DNA of 64,000 nucleotides from Burkholderiales bacterium (GTDB lineage Bacteria; Pseudomonadota; Gammaproteobacteria; Burkholderiales; SG8-39): NCBI GenBank assembly GCA_038211455.1, contig JBBQVP010000003.1, positions 157 to 64,156 of the forward strand, read 5' to 3'. Shown piece by piece: positions 55,622 to 64,000 of this stretch (position 1 is its first letter; each line of letters starts with the position of its first letter). The notes under the pieces were generated by a model. It saw only the letters and a program-made list of their open reading frames with translations, ran no database searches and was not told where the DNA came from. The position numbers and the translations under genes were made by a program.

Positions 55622-56129
55622 TCCAGCCAGCGATTTGACGGCGTTGATCGGCCGACTCGAGCGGTACATCGACGCGCCAGGCGTCGGGTTGCCGGAGGAG
55701 GTGTTTTTGTTCCTCAGTCGGATCACGCCGCTCGTCAATGTCGACCTGCTGATACAGGACAACGCCAGTCGCACCCTGCTCACCTGGCGCAGCGACCGGT
55801 TTTTTGGGCCCGGATGGCATGTGCCCGGCGGGATCATTAGGCACAAGGAGGCGGCAGCTGATCGCATACACGCGGTGGCCGGGCAGGAACTGGGCGTCAG
55901 CGTGACATTCGATCCAGTGCCGATATTGGTGCACGAGGGCATACAGCCCGGCTGGCGCGATCGCGGCCACACCATCGCCCTGCTTTATCGCTGCCGATTG
56001 ACCAGCGATCCGGCTCCGCGCTCGCGATACAACCCGCAAGCTCCTTTGCCGGACCAATGGCAGTGGCATGAACACTGTCCGGACGACCTGATCCCCGAGC
56101 AAAAAGGCTACGCAGCCTTCATGGGGTGA
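55614..56129 (+). CDS. NUDIX hydrolase, GDP-mannose mannosyl hydrolase (Gmm/NudD)-like
   Basis: TPLVNVDLLI...WHVPGGIIRHKEAAADRIHAVAGQELGV aligns with the modified Nudix box of Gmm (GGRVQKDETLEAAFERLTMAELGL). Confidence 0.6.
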   Translation: MTDPASDLTALIGRLERYIDAPGVGLPEEVFLFLSRITPLVNVDLLIQDNASRTLLTWRSDRFFGPGWHVPGGIIRHKEAAADRIHAVAGQELGVSVTFDPVPILVHEGIQPGWRDRGHTIALLYRCRLTSDPAPRSRYNPQAPLPDQWQWHEHCPDDLIPEQKGYAAFMG

Positions 56130-56136
56130 CGTGGCG

Positions 56137-56616
56137 ATGTCCCGTTCGTTCCTGTCTTCCCTGCGCAGCCACATCCCGTCTGGCCAGCTGGGGCGCTACC
56201 TTGCGGTCGGCCTCTGGAACACGGCGTTCGGCTACAGCACGTTCGCGCTCTTTACCTGGCTGCTGGATCGCTACATACCGGCCAGCTACTTGGCCGCGAG
56301 CCTGTTGTCCAGTCTGATAAGCATCACGGTATCGTTTCTGGGGTACAAGTGGTTTGTGTTCAAGACCAAGGGGAATTACCTGAAAGAGTGGCTGCGCTGC
56401 CTGATGGTCTACAGTGGCGGCATCCTGCTGGGGCTCGCCTTGTTGCCGCCGACGGTATTTGTCGTGGGCTATCTTTCGGGCCGTCCACGTTACGCCCCAT
56501 ACATTGCGGGCGCGCTATTGATGGCCGTGCAGGTCATCGTCAGCTTTCTCGGCCACAAGAATTTTTCGTTCAAAAGCGCGGGTCCAGCAGACACCGGTCA
56601 TCGGCGAATCCCGTAA
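56137..56616 (+). CDS. GtrA-family membrane protein (second copy)
   Basis: LGRYLAVGLWNTAFGYSTFAL..., VSFLGYKWFVFKT, IVSFLGHKNFSFK; four TM helices. An alternative GTG start lies at 56131. Confidence 0.75.
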   Translation: MSRSFLSSLRSHIPSGQLGRYLAVGLWNTAFGYSTFALFTWLLDRYIPASYLAASLLSSLISITVSFLGYKWFVFKTKGNYLKEWLRCLMVYSGGILLGLALLPPTVFVVGYLSGRPRYAPYIAGALLMAVQVIVSFLGHKNFSFKSAGPADTGHRRIP

Positions 56617-56622
56617 CGCGGT

Positions 56623-57549
56623 TCAGCCCTCGAACGCTTCAATGACCGGGGCGTGGGCCTCACGATGCAGAAAGAAGAAGTTTGTCTCCACGGTGTCTTC
56701 GTCCATCTTCTCGAAAGACGCCAGCCGATCACCGGCAATACGGAAGCACCTGTAGTGCAGCGTGTTCATCAGCGCGATGATCTCGTTCGGATGGTAGCCG
56801 AACGCATGCGCATGACGTCGGAGCATCTCGGTGAAGAGCATCGGGCGCTGCTCCAAAAGCACTTGCCTCGCGCCCTGCAGCACGGCGAGTTCACCGCCCT
56901 CGACGTCCAGCTTGATCGCGTCGAACTTCAGCCTGTGGCGTGCCGCGTATTCGTCCAGCGTGATCGTCTCGACCTTCACGGGCGATGATTTTTCGATGTA
57001 GACGGTGGGATGCGCGGACGCCGCCCCTGCGATGCTTGGGTCGACGTGTATATCCATTACTCCGGGCCGGTCGGAGACCGCCAACTGCTCCGTGACGACA
57101 TTTTTCAGGTCATTGCGCGCGATGGTCTTGCAAAGCCAGTTATAGGAGCTCGGCACAGGCTCGAAAGCGACGATGCGCGCCTCGGGGTCGACCGCGGCCA
57201 TATGCGCGCAATACCACCCGATGTTGGCGCCGATGTCCGCCACCGAGGCGCCGCGCGGAACGAGGCGCCTCCACATGTCGAATTCGGCGCGCTCGTAGTG
57301 GCCGAAGTTCAGCGAAACCATCGCGGGCGTGCCGCGATCCGCCGGGTCGCAGGCAATCGCGACAGGCGCAAGGCGGCTGTGCATCCAGACGCCGTCCGGC
57401 GTCAACTCGATCCTTTCGATGTCGGACCCGGAAAGGAGGTCGACATACGCCGAAAGCGCCTCATGCTGCACGGACATTTCGCGCGAGTACGCATGTTTGT
57501 CGATCTCTCCTTTTCGGAGCGCTTCTCGCAGTCGAATGCGTTCGTTCAT
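56623..57549 (-). CDS. FkbM-family methyltransferase
   Basis: VADIGANIGWY, FEPVPSSY and IKLDVEGGELAVLQGA motifs. Confidence 0.85.
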   Translation of the reverse strand: MNERIRLREALRKGEIDKHAYSREMSVQHEALSAYVDLLSGSDIERIELTPDGVWMHSRLAPVAIACDPADRGTPAMVSLNFGHYERAEFDMWRRLVPRGASVADIGANIGWYCAHMAAVDPEARIVAFEPVPSSYNWLCKTIARNDLKNVVTEQLAVSDRPGVMDIHVDPSIAGAASAHPTVYIEKSSPVKVETITLDEYAARHRLKFDAIKLDVEGGELAVLQGARQVLLEQRPMLFTEMLRRHAHAFGYHPNEIIALMNTLHYRCFRIAGDRLASFEKMDEDTVETNFFFLHREAHAPVIEAFEG

Positions 57550-58565
57550 AGCAAGCTACTCAGAGTGCGCCGAAATCCCTCTGCGATACCCACAACCGGG
57601 GACCAGCCAAGGGAAAACAGCTTGGAAGTATCCAGCCCGCGGATCGGATCCTGATTCACAATCGAGCCTGCACGTCCCGACCCTTCGAGCTTGAATCTTA
57701 CTCCGCGCTCCGGGAACAGGCCGACCAAGAGGGTGGCAAGTTCGCGGACAGAGCAGGATGCTGCGCCATGGGCCACCAGGTAGGCCTCGCCGTCCCCTCC
57801 GGTCAGCAGGATGCGAAACAAGGCATCGGCCGCATCCGACAGGTAGCAATAGGGGCGCACTGCAGCGCCGTCGCTATGCAGCACGATATCGCGACGATCG
57901 ACGATCGAGTAAACGAATTGCGCGAAGGCCCGGTCGTCATCTCTGCGCAGGCCGGGCCCATACGTGTGGCCCAACCGGGCGATACGCGTATGCAACCCGA
58001 ACTGGCGCGTCCAGCTCGCGCACATCGTCTCTGCCATGCGCTTGGATTCGGCATAGCAGGCATACGGATCCAGGGGGTCGACGCTGCCCATGACGGCTTC
58101 GCTGATGACCGTATCCTCGCCGGCCACCACGCCGTGAACGGCGCCGCTGCTGAGCAGCAAGAAAGCCTCGCAGCCGACGCGGTGGGCGTGCTCCAGGAGT
58201 TGGTGCGTTCCGAGCACCGCGGCCCGGTAGGTGCCCACAGGCTCGGCGCCGAAGAAGCGCGGAGTGGCATTGCCAGCCGCGTGAATGATGAAGTCAGTCC
58301 GCAGGTCGGCAGGCACGGGTTCAGCCACGTCCTGAACAAGAAACTGGAGATCGGGCCTCGACCCGTGGTGTGCGAAGCGACGCTTCGCGCTCTCCCTGTC
58401 GCGCACCAAGGCGACGACGCTGCACGCGGACCCGGCAGCCACTTCGTTGCGATACAACAGCGCCTCCACCAGGTAGGAGGCTATGAGCCCTGTCGCGCCG
58501 GTGATCACCACCGACTTGCCGCTCAGACGCTCCCATGGCAGTGCGTGCAGGAATAGATTGCGCAT
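57546..58565 (-). CDS. NAD-dependent epimerase/dehydratase (extended SDR)
   Basis: Internal ATG 58565 gives MRNLFLH...KSVVITGATGLIASYL. YAESKRMAE (YxxxK). The track's 5' extension (to 59069) overlaps the next gene and is Arg/Pro-rich nonsense. Confidence 0.85.
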   Translation of the reverse strand: MRNLFLHALPWERLSGKSVVITGATGLIASYLVEALLYRNEVAAGSACSVVALVRDRESAKRRFAHHGSRPDLQFLVQDVAEPVPADLRTDFIIHAAGNATPRFFGAEPVGTYRAAVLGTHQLLEHAHRVGCEAFLLLSSGAVHGVVAGEDTVISEAVMGSVDPLDPYACYAESKRMAETMCASWTRQFGLHTRIARLGHTYGPGLRRDDDRAFAQFVYSIVDRRDIVLHSDGAAVRPYCYLSDAADALFRILLTGGDGEAYLVAHGAASCSVRELATLLVGLFPERGVRFKLEGSGRAGSIVNQDPIRGLDTSKLFSLGWSPVVGIAEGFRRTLSSLL

Positions 58566-58597
58566 ATCTTCCTCAACGACCGGATTGCGCGCGGTCC

Positions 58598-59662
58598 TCA
58601 CCACGACATTCCGTTCCACGCGAGGGTTCGTCTTATTGCCTCGTCCAAAGCTACGGTTTGCCTCAGACCCAGCTCCTCCCGGGCCCTTGCGGTCGACGGG
58701 ATATAGCGTGGCGGCGGACCAGCCCCGGGTGCGCCGCGGATTTCGACGGCGATGTCGGAGGAAGCGACCCGCGAGACCAGGTTCGCCACCTCGCGCAGCG
58801 ATACCGCGTCTTCCGCGCCGACGTTGTACGGCCGTCCCGGGGTCCCCCGGGCAAGGATCGTCCACAGCCAGACCGCCAGATCCGCTGCATAGAGGTACGA
58901 GCGCAGGGGGGCGCCATCGCTTTGAATCACGATCGGACTGCCGCGGAGCGCGTCGCGTACGAAGTTGCCGATCGCAAATTGCCGATCGAGCGGCATGTGC
59001 GGACCGACAAACGCGAACGGCCGTGCAATGCTCACCGGCAACCCATGCTGCCGGAGATAACCGGCACAAAACGTTTCACCGGCCCGCTTTCCTTCTGCGT
59101 AGGCCGACTGATAGTTGGCGCAGTCGAAATTGGCGGCGTGATCCTCATCCAGAAGCGCCGACGTCTGCGGTTGTGCGCCATAGACCGCGCCGGAACTCAC
59201 GAACAGAAACCGCCGAACGTTGGTGGTCCGGGCCAGTTCGAGCGCCGCATGGGTTCCCATGATTGCGGTCTCGAGCGTGGGCAGCGGCTGTCGATCGTAA
59301 GTCAGGCTGTCGACATGGATCGCGGCGTGGATCACAGCATCGATCCGATTTCCCCATTCGGGCAATTGCGCGCGGAGCTCCGCTCCAAGTCGACGTACGT
59401 CGGCGCGAATCATCGTAACGTCATCGAGGCCAAGCAGTTGCGGGCAGCGTGCCGCGAAATCATCCGTAGGCGCACCGACACCGACCATGTGTGCGTCCAA
59501 GCCGAGGGCTGCGTTGACATGATGGAACGATTCGACGAGCCAGCTTCCGATGAAGCCCGAGGCGCCTGTCACCAGGATGCGCGCGCCGTGCCACATGGAC
59601 ATGCAAGGCGCGATCAGGCGCGTGACGTGCTCTAGATCGGCCTGAGAAACGCTGCGATTCAT
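58598..59662 (-). CDS. NAD-dependent epimerase/dehydratase (paralogue of 42461-43540)
   Basis: ARILVTGASGFIGSWL and YAEGKRAGE (YxxxK). Collinear with the 42461 protein throughout. Confidence 0.85.
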   Translation of the reverse strand: MNRSVSQADLEHVTRLIAPCMSMWHGARILVTGASGFIGSWLVESFHHVNAALGLDAHMVGVGAPTDDFAARCPQLLGLDDVTMIRADVRRLGAELRAQLPEWGNRIDAVIHAAIHVDSLTYDRQPLPTLETAIMGTHAALELARTTNVRRFLFVSSGAVYGAQPQTSALLDEDHAANFDCANYQSAYAEGKRAGETFCAGYLRQHGLPVSIARPFAFVGPHMPLDRQFAIGNFVRDALRGSPIVIQSDGAPLRSYLYAADLAVWLWTILARGTPGRPYNVGAEDAVSLREVANLVSRVASSDIAVEIRGAPGAGPPPRYIPSTARAREELGLRQTVALDEAIRRTLAWNGMSW

Positions 59663-59704
59663 GCCAGTCTGGCCCCCCAGAAGCTCATCCGCGCCGGACC
59701 GAGA

Positions 59705-61021
59705 TCAGAAGTTGACCCCGAGGAAAGCCCCGATCTTCTCGGCAGAAAAGTCGAGCATCGATTCGCTCAGGCCGGGATAGACGCCGATCCAGAACGTGTT
59801 GTTCATGACGATGTCGGTGTTTTTCTGGGTTCCGCTGACCCGGAAGTTCCGCCCGATCATGGAGGGTTGCCGAACAAGATTACCCGCAAAGAGCAGGCGG
59901 GTGCCGATCTTGCTCTGGTCGAGGTAGTTCAGCAGGTCGACGCGGTTCACCGGCGCGTTTTCCCGCAAGGTGATCGGAAAGCCGAACCAGGAGGGATCGG
60001 AATTAGGCGTGGCTTCCGGCAGCACCAGGAATTCCTCGCACGACCCGAGGCGTTCCTTGAGCCGCGTGAAGTTGTTCTTGCGTGCCTGGATGAAGCCCTC
60101 GAGTCTATCCATCTGGGCGAGGGCGCAGGCCGCCTGCATGTCTGTTATCTTGAGATTGTAGCCCAGGTGGCTATAGGTATATTTGTGGTCGTAACCCTGC
60201 GGCAGGTCGCCGAGCTTCCAGCAAAAGCGCTTCCCGCAGGTGTTCTCCTTGCCGGTCGGGCAGTAGCAGTCGCGCCCCCAGTCGCGGAAGGACTCGGCGA
60301 TCCGCCTGAGCTCGTCGTTGTTTGTGAAGACCGCGCCGCCTTCACCCATTGTGATGTGGTGGGCGGGATAGAAGCTCAGGGTGCCGATGTCCCCGAAGGT
60401 GCCGACGAGCTTGCCATCGTAGGTTGCGCCCAGTGCGTCGCAACTGTCTTCGATGAGCCAAAGATCGTGCTTCCTCGCAATTCGGGTCACTTCGGCGAGG
60501 TTATAGGGATTGCCGAGTGTGTGGGCCAGCATGATGGCCTTGGTCCTGGGGCCAACAGCGGCTTCCAGCTGGGAGACGTCGATGTTGTAGGTTGGAATAT
60601 GGACATCGACGAACACCGGCACCGCACCGAACTGTACGATCGGGTTCACCGTCGTCGGGAAACCTGCGGCAACGCCGATGACCTCGTCGCCGGGCTTGAT
60701 GGCGCGCTCGCCCAGGCTCGGACTGGTGAGCGCGGAGAACGCGATCAAATTGGCGGAAGAACCGGAGTTGACGCTCATGAGGTACTTCACCCCAAGGTAC
60801 CCGGCCAGCCGCTGTTCAAACGCATCGTTGAAGCGGCCGGTCGTCAGCCAACCGTCCAAGGAGGCTTCAACCATGTTCTTGAGCTCCGGGGCGCCAATGA
60901 CTTTGCCAGCCGGAGGAACGACCGTGGCGCCGGGGATGAAGGGCTTTGGCGCAAAGGCAAGCGCCGCGTATTCATCCACGAGGGAGGCGATTTGTTGGCG
61001 AATATGTGCTGCTTTTTCCAC
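59705..61021 (-). CDS. rfbH: CDP-6-deoxy-4-hexulose 3-dehydrase, E1 type (RfbH/DdhC/AscC family, PMP and [2Fe-2S] dependent)
   Basis: DegT-fold protein of 438 aa. The active-site Lys is replaced by His (SFYPAHHIT). Cys spacing is exactly C-X57-C-X1-C-X7-C (DSC...57 aa...[11 protein letters not shown]). Confidence 0.85.
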   Translation of the reverse strand: MEKAAHIRQQIASLVDEYAALAFAPKPFIPGATVVPPAGKVIGAPELKNMVEASLDGWLTTGRFNDAFEQRLAGYLGVKYLMSVNSGSSANLIAFSALTSPSLGERAIKPGDEVIGVAAGFPTTVNPIVQFGAVPVFVDVHIPTYNIDVSQLEAAVGPRTKAIMLAHTLGNPYNLAEVTRIARKHDLWLIEDSCDALGATYDGKLVGTFGDIGTLSFYPAHHITMGEGGAVFTNNDELRRIAESFRDWGRDCYCPTGKENTCGKRFCWKLGDLPQGYDHKYTYSHLGYNLKITDMQAACALAQMDRLEGFIQARKNNFTRLKERLGSCEEFLVLPEATPNSDPSWFGFPITLRENAPVNRVDLLNYLDQSKIGTRLLFAGNLVRQPSMIGRNFRVSGTQKNTDIVMNNTFWIGVYPGLSESMLDFSAEKIGAFLGVNF

Positions 61022-61144
61022 GATTATCCAGTCTCGAGTAGATTCCTTACCTCAAAAGCGGCTGACCTCTAAGCTTGCGATTGCAGCGCGATCTTGCAAC
61101 GCATTGTGCCATCTTTCGATTCTGCTGCAGGCGCCTGGAAATCG

Positions 61145-61290
61145 TGAAACGCCCCATGTTTCGTAGATACCTAGGAGCCTTCAACCTGGGGCTACCAGGG
61201 AGGTGTCACGAACGGCAAGCGTTACCCGGACGAATTCAAGATAGAAGCGGTCAAGCAAGTCACGGACAGGGGACACACGGCGGCTGGTGT
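61145..61290 (+). mobile_element. IS3-family remnant: left inverted-repeat end plus a 5' fragment of orfA
   Basis: TGAAACGCCCC at 61145 resembles IS3-family termini (TGAACCGCCCC...). Downstream, frame 2 reads ...TNGKRYPDEFKIEAVKQVTDRGHTAAGV, an OrfA HTH N-terminus pattern. There is no in-frame start, and the similarity ends by about 61290. Confidence 0.5.
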
Positions 61291-61421
61291 CGACAAACCA
61301 AGCGGTCGCGGACGGCACCTATATCGTAGAGCGTGTCTTCGCAGGCGGATTCGCGCGAGGGCTGCGCAGCGCAGGTCGCGACTGTCTTCCTTGTTGAAGA
61401 CAGGGATGGTTACCTCGGGAT

Positions 61422-61739
61422 TCAGGCAGACTCACTCGCGGATAGACCCGGCGGGAACCGGCGCGCGAATGCGCCAAGCGCTGCGAGGCCTAAAAGGCCG
61501 AGGAGCCCTGCCGGCAGGCCAGGCCTGAAGCCAGGGAGAGCGTAGCGCAACTCGATGCGATGCGCCCAGCTAGATATGCCAGTCGCAGGCATCTCTAGGT
61601 TTGCCCTGAATACCGGCTGTTCAACCGAGTCGATAGTCACCGACCATCCCTTTGCAAACGGAATCGAGAATGACAGCACGCTTGGCACGTCGCTTGTCAC
61701 CAGGCCAGTAACGTGACCGTGGGAGAAGCTTTCCACGCG
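61422..61739 (-). pseudogene. C-terminal fragment of a YfhO-like (GT-C type) membrane glycosyltransferase
   Basis: ...VLSFSIPFAKGWSVTIDSVEQPVFRANLEMPATGISSWAHRIELRYALPGFRPG + terminal TM matches the YfhO C-terminal pattern (sIPyd.GW.a.vDG......vn..f.g..l..G.H.ie..Y.ppg...G). The upstream ~800 aa expected for the family are absent. Confidence 0.45.
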
Positions 61740-61908
61740 TATTCCCCGGCGCAGCCATATGCTGAGTTCGTTCTGTCGGCAGGGTGCCGTGCAGCCCGCC
61801 GTGTGGGAAAATTCCTTCGCCGGGCGATGCCGCGATGTTACCTTTCGAATTCGCCAGACTCGGCATCCATGGCTCTTGTATTGGCGCCGCTGCCGCACGC
61901 AACCTCAG

Positions 61909-62589
61909 ATGCACATGTATCGTCCGACACTGCTGATTGTCTCTGCCACGCCGGTTTCACCGGCGGTGTTCGTAGAAAAAACGCCGCTGGGCAGGTCGCT
62001 TCGCCGCCTCTGCTTCGACGATCGTCTGGAAATGCGCCCTGTCTTCAACAGCGGAGCGGGGTTGGCTGCGGTTTACAACAGACAGATTCGGGACGAGAAC
62101 CGCGACAAGCTGCTCCTGTTCGTCCGGGACGACGTGTGGCTGGATGATTTCTTTATCTGCGAAAGGCTGGAGGAGGCGCTGGACGTGTTTGATTTGGTCG
62201 GAGTCGCCGGCTGTACTGTGCGTGGGCGCAGACAGGCGCGCTGGGATGCGCGCATGGTGGAGGACCCGGGCAGCATGAGCGGCTGCGTGGGTCGGGGGGC
62301 GGAACCCGGCGGCGCGCTTACGTATTACGGTCCGCTCGCCCGGAAGTGCGCGCTTCTGGAGGGCGCGTTTCTGGCCGCGCGCTGCCGCACGCTCCTTGAG
62401 CACGACGTAAGGTTCGACGAGAGGTTCCTGTTCCATCACTACGACCTGGATTTATGTCGGACGGTCGAGGCGAAGAAGTTGAAGGTCGGCACATGGCCGG
62501 TCAGCGTCACCCATGCGGGCGTCGGCGATGGGGACTCACCTGCGCGGCATGCCGCGCTTCAGAAGTACCTTGAGAAATGGGGGGACTAA
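61909..62589 (+). CDS. Small GT-A-like putative glycosyltransferase (tandem paralogue 1)
   Basis: ATG 61909 gives MHMYRPTLLIVSAT.... Acidic DD motif (LLLFVRDDVWLDD) and FHHYDLDLC. About 50% identical to the downstream ORF by eye. Confidence 0.45.
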   Translation: MHMYRPTLLIVSATPVSPAVFVEKTPLGRSLRRLCFDDRLEMRPVFNSGAGLAAVYNRQIRDENRDKLLLFVRDDVWLDDFFICERLEEALDVFDLVGVAGCTVRGRRQARWDARMVEDPGSMSGCVGRGAEPGGALTYYGPLARKCALLEGAFLAARCRTLLEHDVRFDERFLFHHYDLDLCRTVEAKKLKVGTWPVSVTHAGVGDGDSPARHAALQKYLEKWGD

Positions 62590-63299
62590 AGGTGCCACTC
62601 CTGAAGCACGCGAGCGTTCCGACCCTGCTGATTGTTTCGGCGAGTCGCGAGCGGTCCGGCGCATTTTCGGAAAGCACGCTTCTTGGTCGTTCGATCGGCC
62701 GCCTGTCGGTAGACGAACGGATCGAAGTTTGCATCGAGCCGGAAAACAGCGCAGGACTTTCAAGGATATACAACCGCCAGATCTGCGAAGCGAACAGGAA
62801 GAAGATCCTGCTGTTTGTGCACGATGACGTGTGGCTGGATGATTGCTTCATATGTGACCGGCTGGAACGGGCGTTGCACGATTTCGACGTGGTTGGTGTC
62901 GCGGGAAATACTCGCCGGGTCGAACGGCAGCCAAGCTGGAGCTATATTTCCGGCCCCCCGTTTGTGATCGACGCACGTTCCAACCTGAGCGGTGTCGTCG
63001 CACATGGCGCCGCGCCGGGTGCGGGACTGAACCGTTACGGCGCCGCGGGCCGAGGGTGCGTACTTCTCGATGGGCTTTTTCTCGCTGCGCGCTGTGGTTC
63101 GCTGCTCGACAGCGGGGTGAAGTTTGACGAACGGTTCGACTTTCATTTTTACGACATGGACTTCTGCCGGAGTGCGGAACGCGCGGGCCTGCGCCTGGGG
63201 ACCTGGCCGATTGCCGTGACGCACGCGAGCAAGGCGCGGTTCGGCACTCCCGCGTGGCGCAGCGCCCTGCAGGTCTACCGGGAGAAGTGGAGAGAGTGA
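62577..63299 (+). CDS. Small GT-A-like putative glycosyltransferase (tandem paralogue 2)
   Basis: PTLLIVSAS..., ILLFVHDDVWLDD, FHFYDMDFC. Start is ATG 62577 (overlapping the upstream stop) or GTG 62592. Confidence 0.45.
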   Translation: MGGLKVPLLKHASVPTLLIVSASRERSGAFSESTLLGRSIGRLSVDERIEVCIEPENSAGLSRIYNRQICEANRKKILLFVHDDVWLDDCFICDRLERALHDFDVVGVAGNTRRVERQPSWSYISGPPFVIDARSNLSGVVAHGAAPGAGLNRYGAAGRGCVLLDGLFLAARCGSLLDSGVKFDERFDFHFYDMDFCRSAERAGLRLGTWPIAVTHASKARFGTPAWRSALQVYREKWRE

Positions 63300-63375
63300 A
63301 AACGCTACCGGGGCGCAGATGGATGGCTGATGCCGGACCCCTGTGGGCGGCGTGGGTTAAGCGTGGATTGCTTCG

Positions 63376-64000
63376 ATGAGCGGCAACGAACCCTCGGACC
63401 CAAACGCGCCCGCCCGGCCGGGTGGCGGATCCACGACCGGGTTCCAGGCTGCGTTCGAGAATCATATGCAGGGGCGGCTCGCGGAAGCCGATGCTGCCTA
63501 CCGTGCGCTGCTGGAACACGAACCGGGGCATATCGACGGCCTGCATTTTCGCGGCGTCCTGCTGCACCAGGCGGGGCAGAACGGGCCTGCGCTGGAACTG
63601 ATCCGGAAGTCGCTTTCACTTTCCCCAGGCCAGGGTGCAGCGTACTCCAATATGGGAGTTGTGCTGCTGGCCCTCGATCGCCCGGGAGAGGCGTTAGAAA
63701 GCTTTGACAGGGCGCTTGCAATCCATCCGGACAATCCGGACGCAATGGTCAATCGCGGTAACGCTCTGCTTGCCCTGCAGCGTTACGCGCCGGCTCTGGA
63801 GAATTACGACCGGGCTCTCGTCCTCAATCCGGGGTTGATCGAGGCGGCACTGCGTCGCGGGCGGGCCCTGATCGCACTTGGTCGGTTGGAGGAAGCCCTG
63901 GCAGGTTTCGACCGCGCGCTGAGTCTCAATCCGGAGGTATCGGTTTTGCAATCGGACCGAGGTGGCGTACTGGTCGAGATGAAACGACATGACGAGGCAG
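63376..64000 (+). CDS. TPR-repeat protein, 3' end outside the window (probably a fourth TPR-glycosyltransferase)
   Basis: I translated this by hand from ATG 63376. The frame is open to nt 64000. It contains successive 34-aa TPR units (EALESFDRALAIHPDNPDAMVNRGNAL; PALENYDRALVLNPGLIEAALRRGRAL...). It is not in the supplied track because no stop is reached. Confidence 0.8.
   Translation, partial: MSGNEPSDPNAPARPGGGSTTGFQAAFENHMQGRLAEADAAYRALLEHEPGHIDGLHFRGVLLHQAGQNGPALELIRKSLSLSPGQGAAYSNMGVVLLALDRPGEALESFDRALAIHPDNPDAMVNRGNALLALQRYAPALENYDRALVLNPGLIEAALRRGRALIALGRLEEALAGFDRALSLNPEVSVLQSDRGGVLVEMKRHDEA

Noticed and set aside
58566-59069. 5' extension of ORF 57546-59069 (507 aa in the track)
   Set aside because: The extension overlaps the 3' part of the 58598-59662 epimerase gene and is Arg/Pro/Gly-rich. 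The Rossmann motif follows the internal ATG 58565 at the expected distance.
61075-61329. 84-aa ORF across the IS remnant, and ORF 61333-61545
   Set aside because: The recognisable OrfA-like peptide is in a different frame from ORF 61075-61329. Neither ORF has motifs, and the region is interpreted as a decayed IS end.

Overview
GC-rich, densely coding proteobacterial chromosome segment (beta/gamma-like gene content; organism not identified). I count about 50 genes, one IS scar, no rRNA, tRNA or CRISPR. All domain calls come from reading motifs in the supplied translations; no database search was possible.

Four blocks:

(1) 1-10.7 kb. The 3' 3.6 kb of a giant RTX/beta-roll repeat protein, followed by a tight operon: tandem-GAF-HlyD adaptor, site-2-protease(M50)-HlyD fusion, a C-terminally truncated SecA-like ATPase, and a third signal-peptide HlyD adaptor. 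No ABC, RND, MFS or outer-membrane partner is visible. This is my top candidate for an undescribed export/processing system.

(2) 10.7-21.4 kb. An oxalate/formate module: fhs, terC-like, tctCBA, a Crp/Fnr regulator, oxc, frc, and an FDH-N-terminal-like formyltransferase. Three TTGAY-N4-RTCAA palindromes each sit exactly 32 bp upstream of a -10-like hexamer.

(3) 21.4-32.5 kb. A signalling block: CHASE2-Ser/Thr kinase, PP2C phosphatase, double-FHA protein, CHASE2-class III cyclase, then an orphan GAF-GspE/PilB-type ATPase and a GAF-HD-GYP phosphodiesterase.

(4) 32.6-64 kb. A glycosylation island:
- four TPR/GT41 (O-GlcNAc-transferase-like) paralogues, one interrupted by a single in-frame TAG;
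- an orphan type IVa pilin with a sigma54-like promoter and a strong terminator;
- galE and two GtrA flippases;
- a GtrB-like GT2 and a Gmm-like NUDIX hydrolase;
- a 10-gene sugar operon including a NeuB-SAF-TIM-barrel fusion and a ThDP enzyme;
- an RfbH/E1-type 3-dehydrase carrying the exact C-X57-C-X1-C-X7-C iron-sulfur motif;
- FkbM and SAM methyltransferases and several SDR epimerases;
- an IS3-family end remnant next to a YfhO-like gene fragment;
- two tandem small GT-A-like paralogues.
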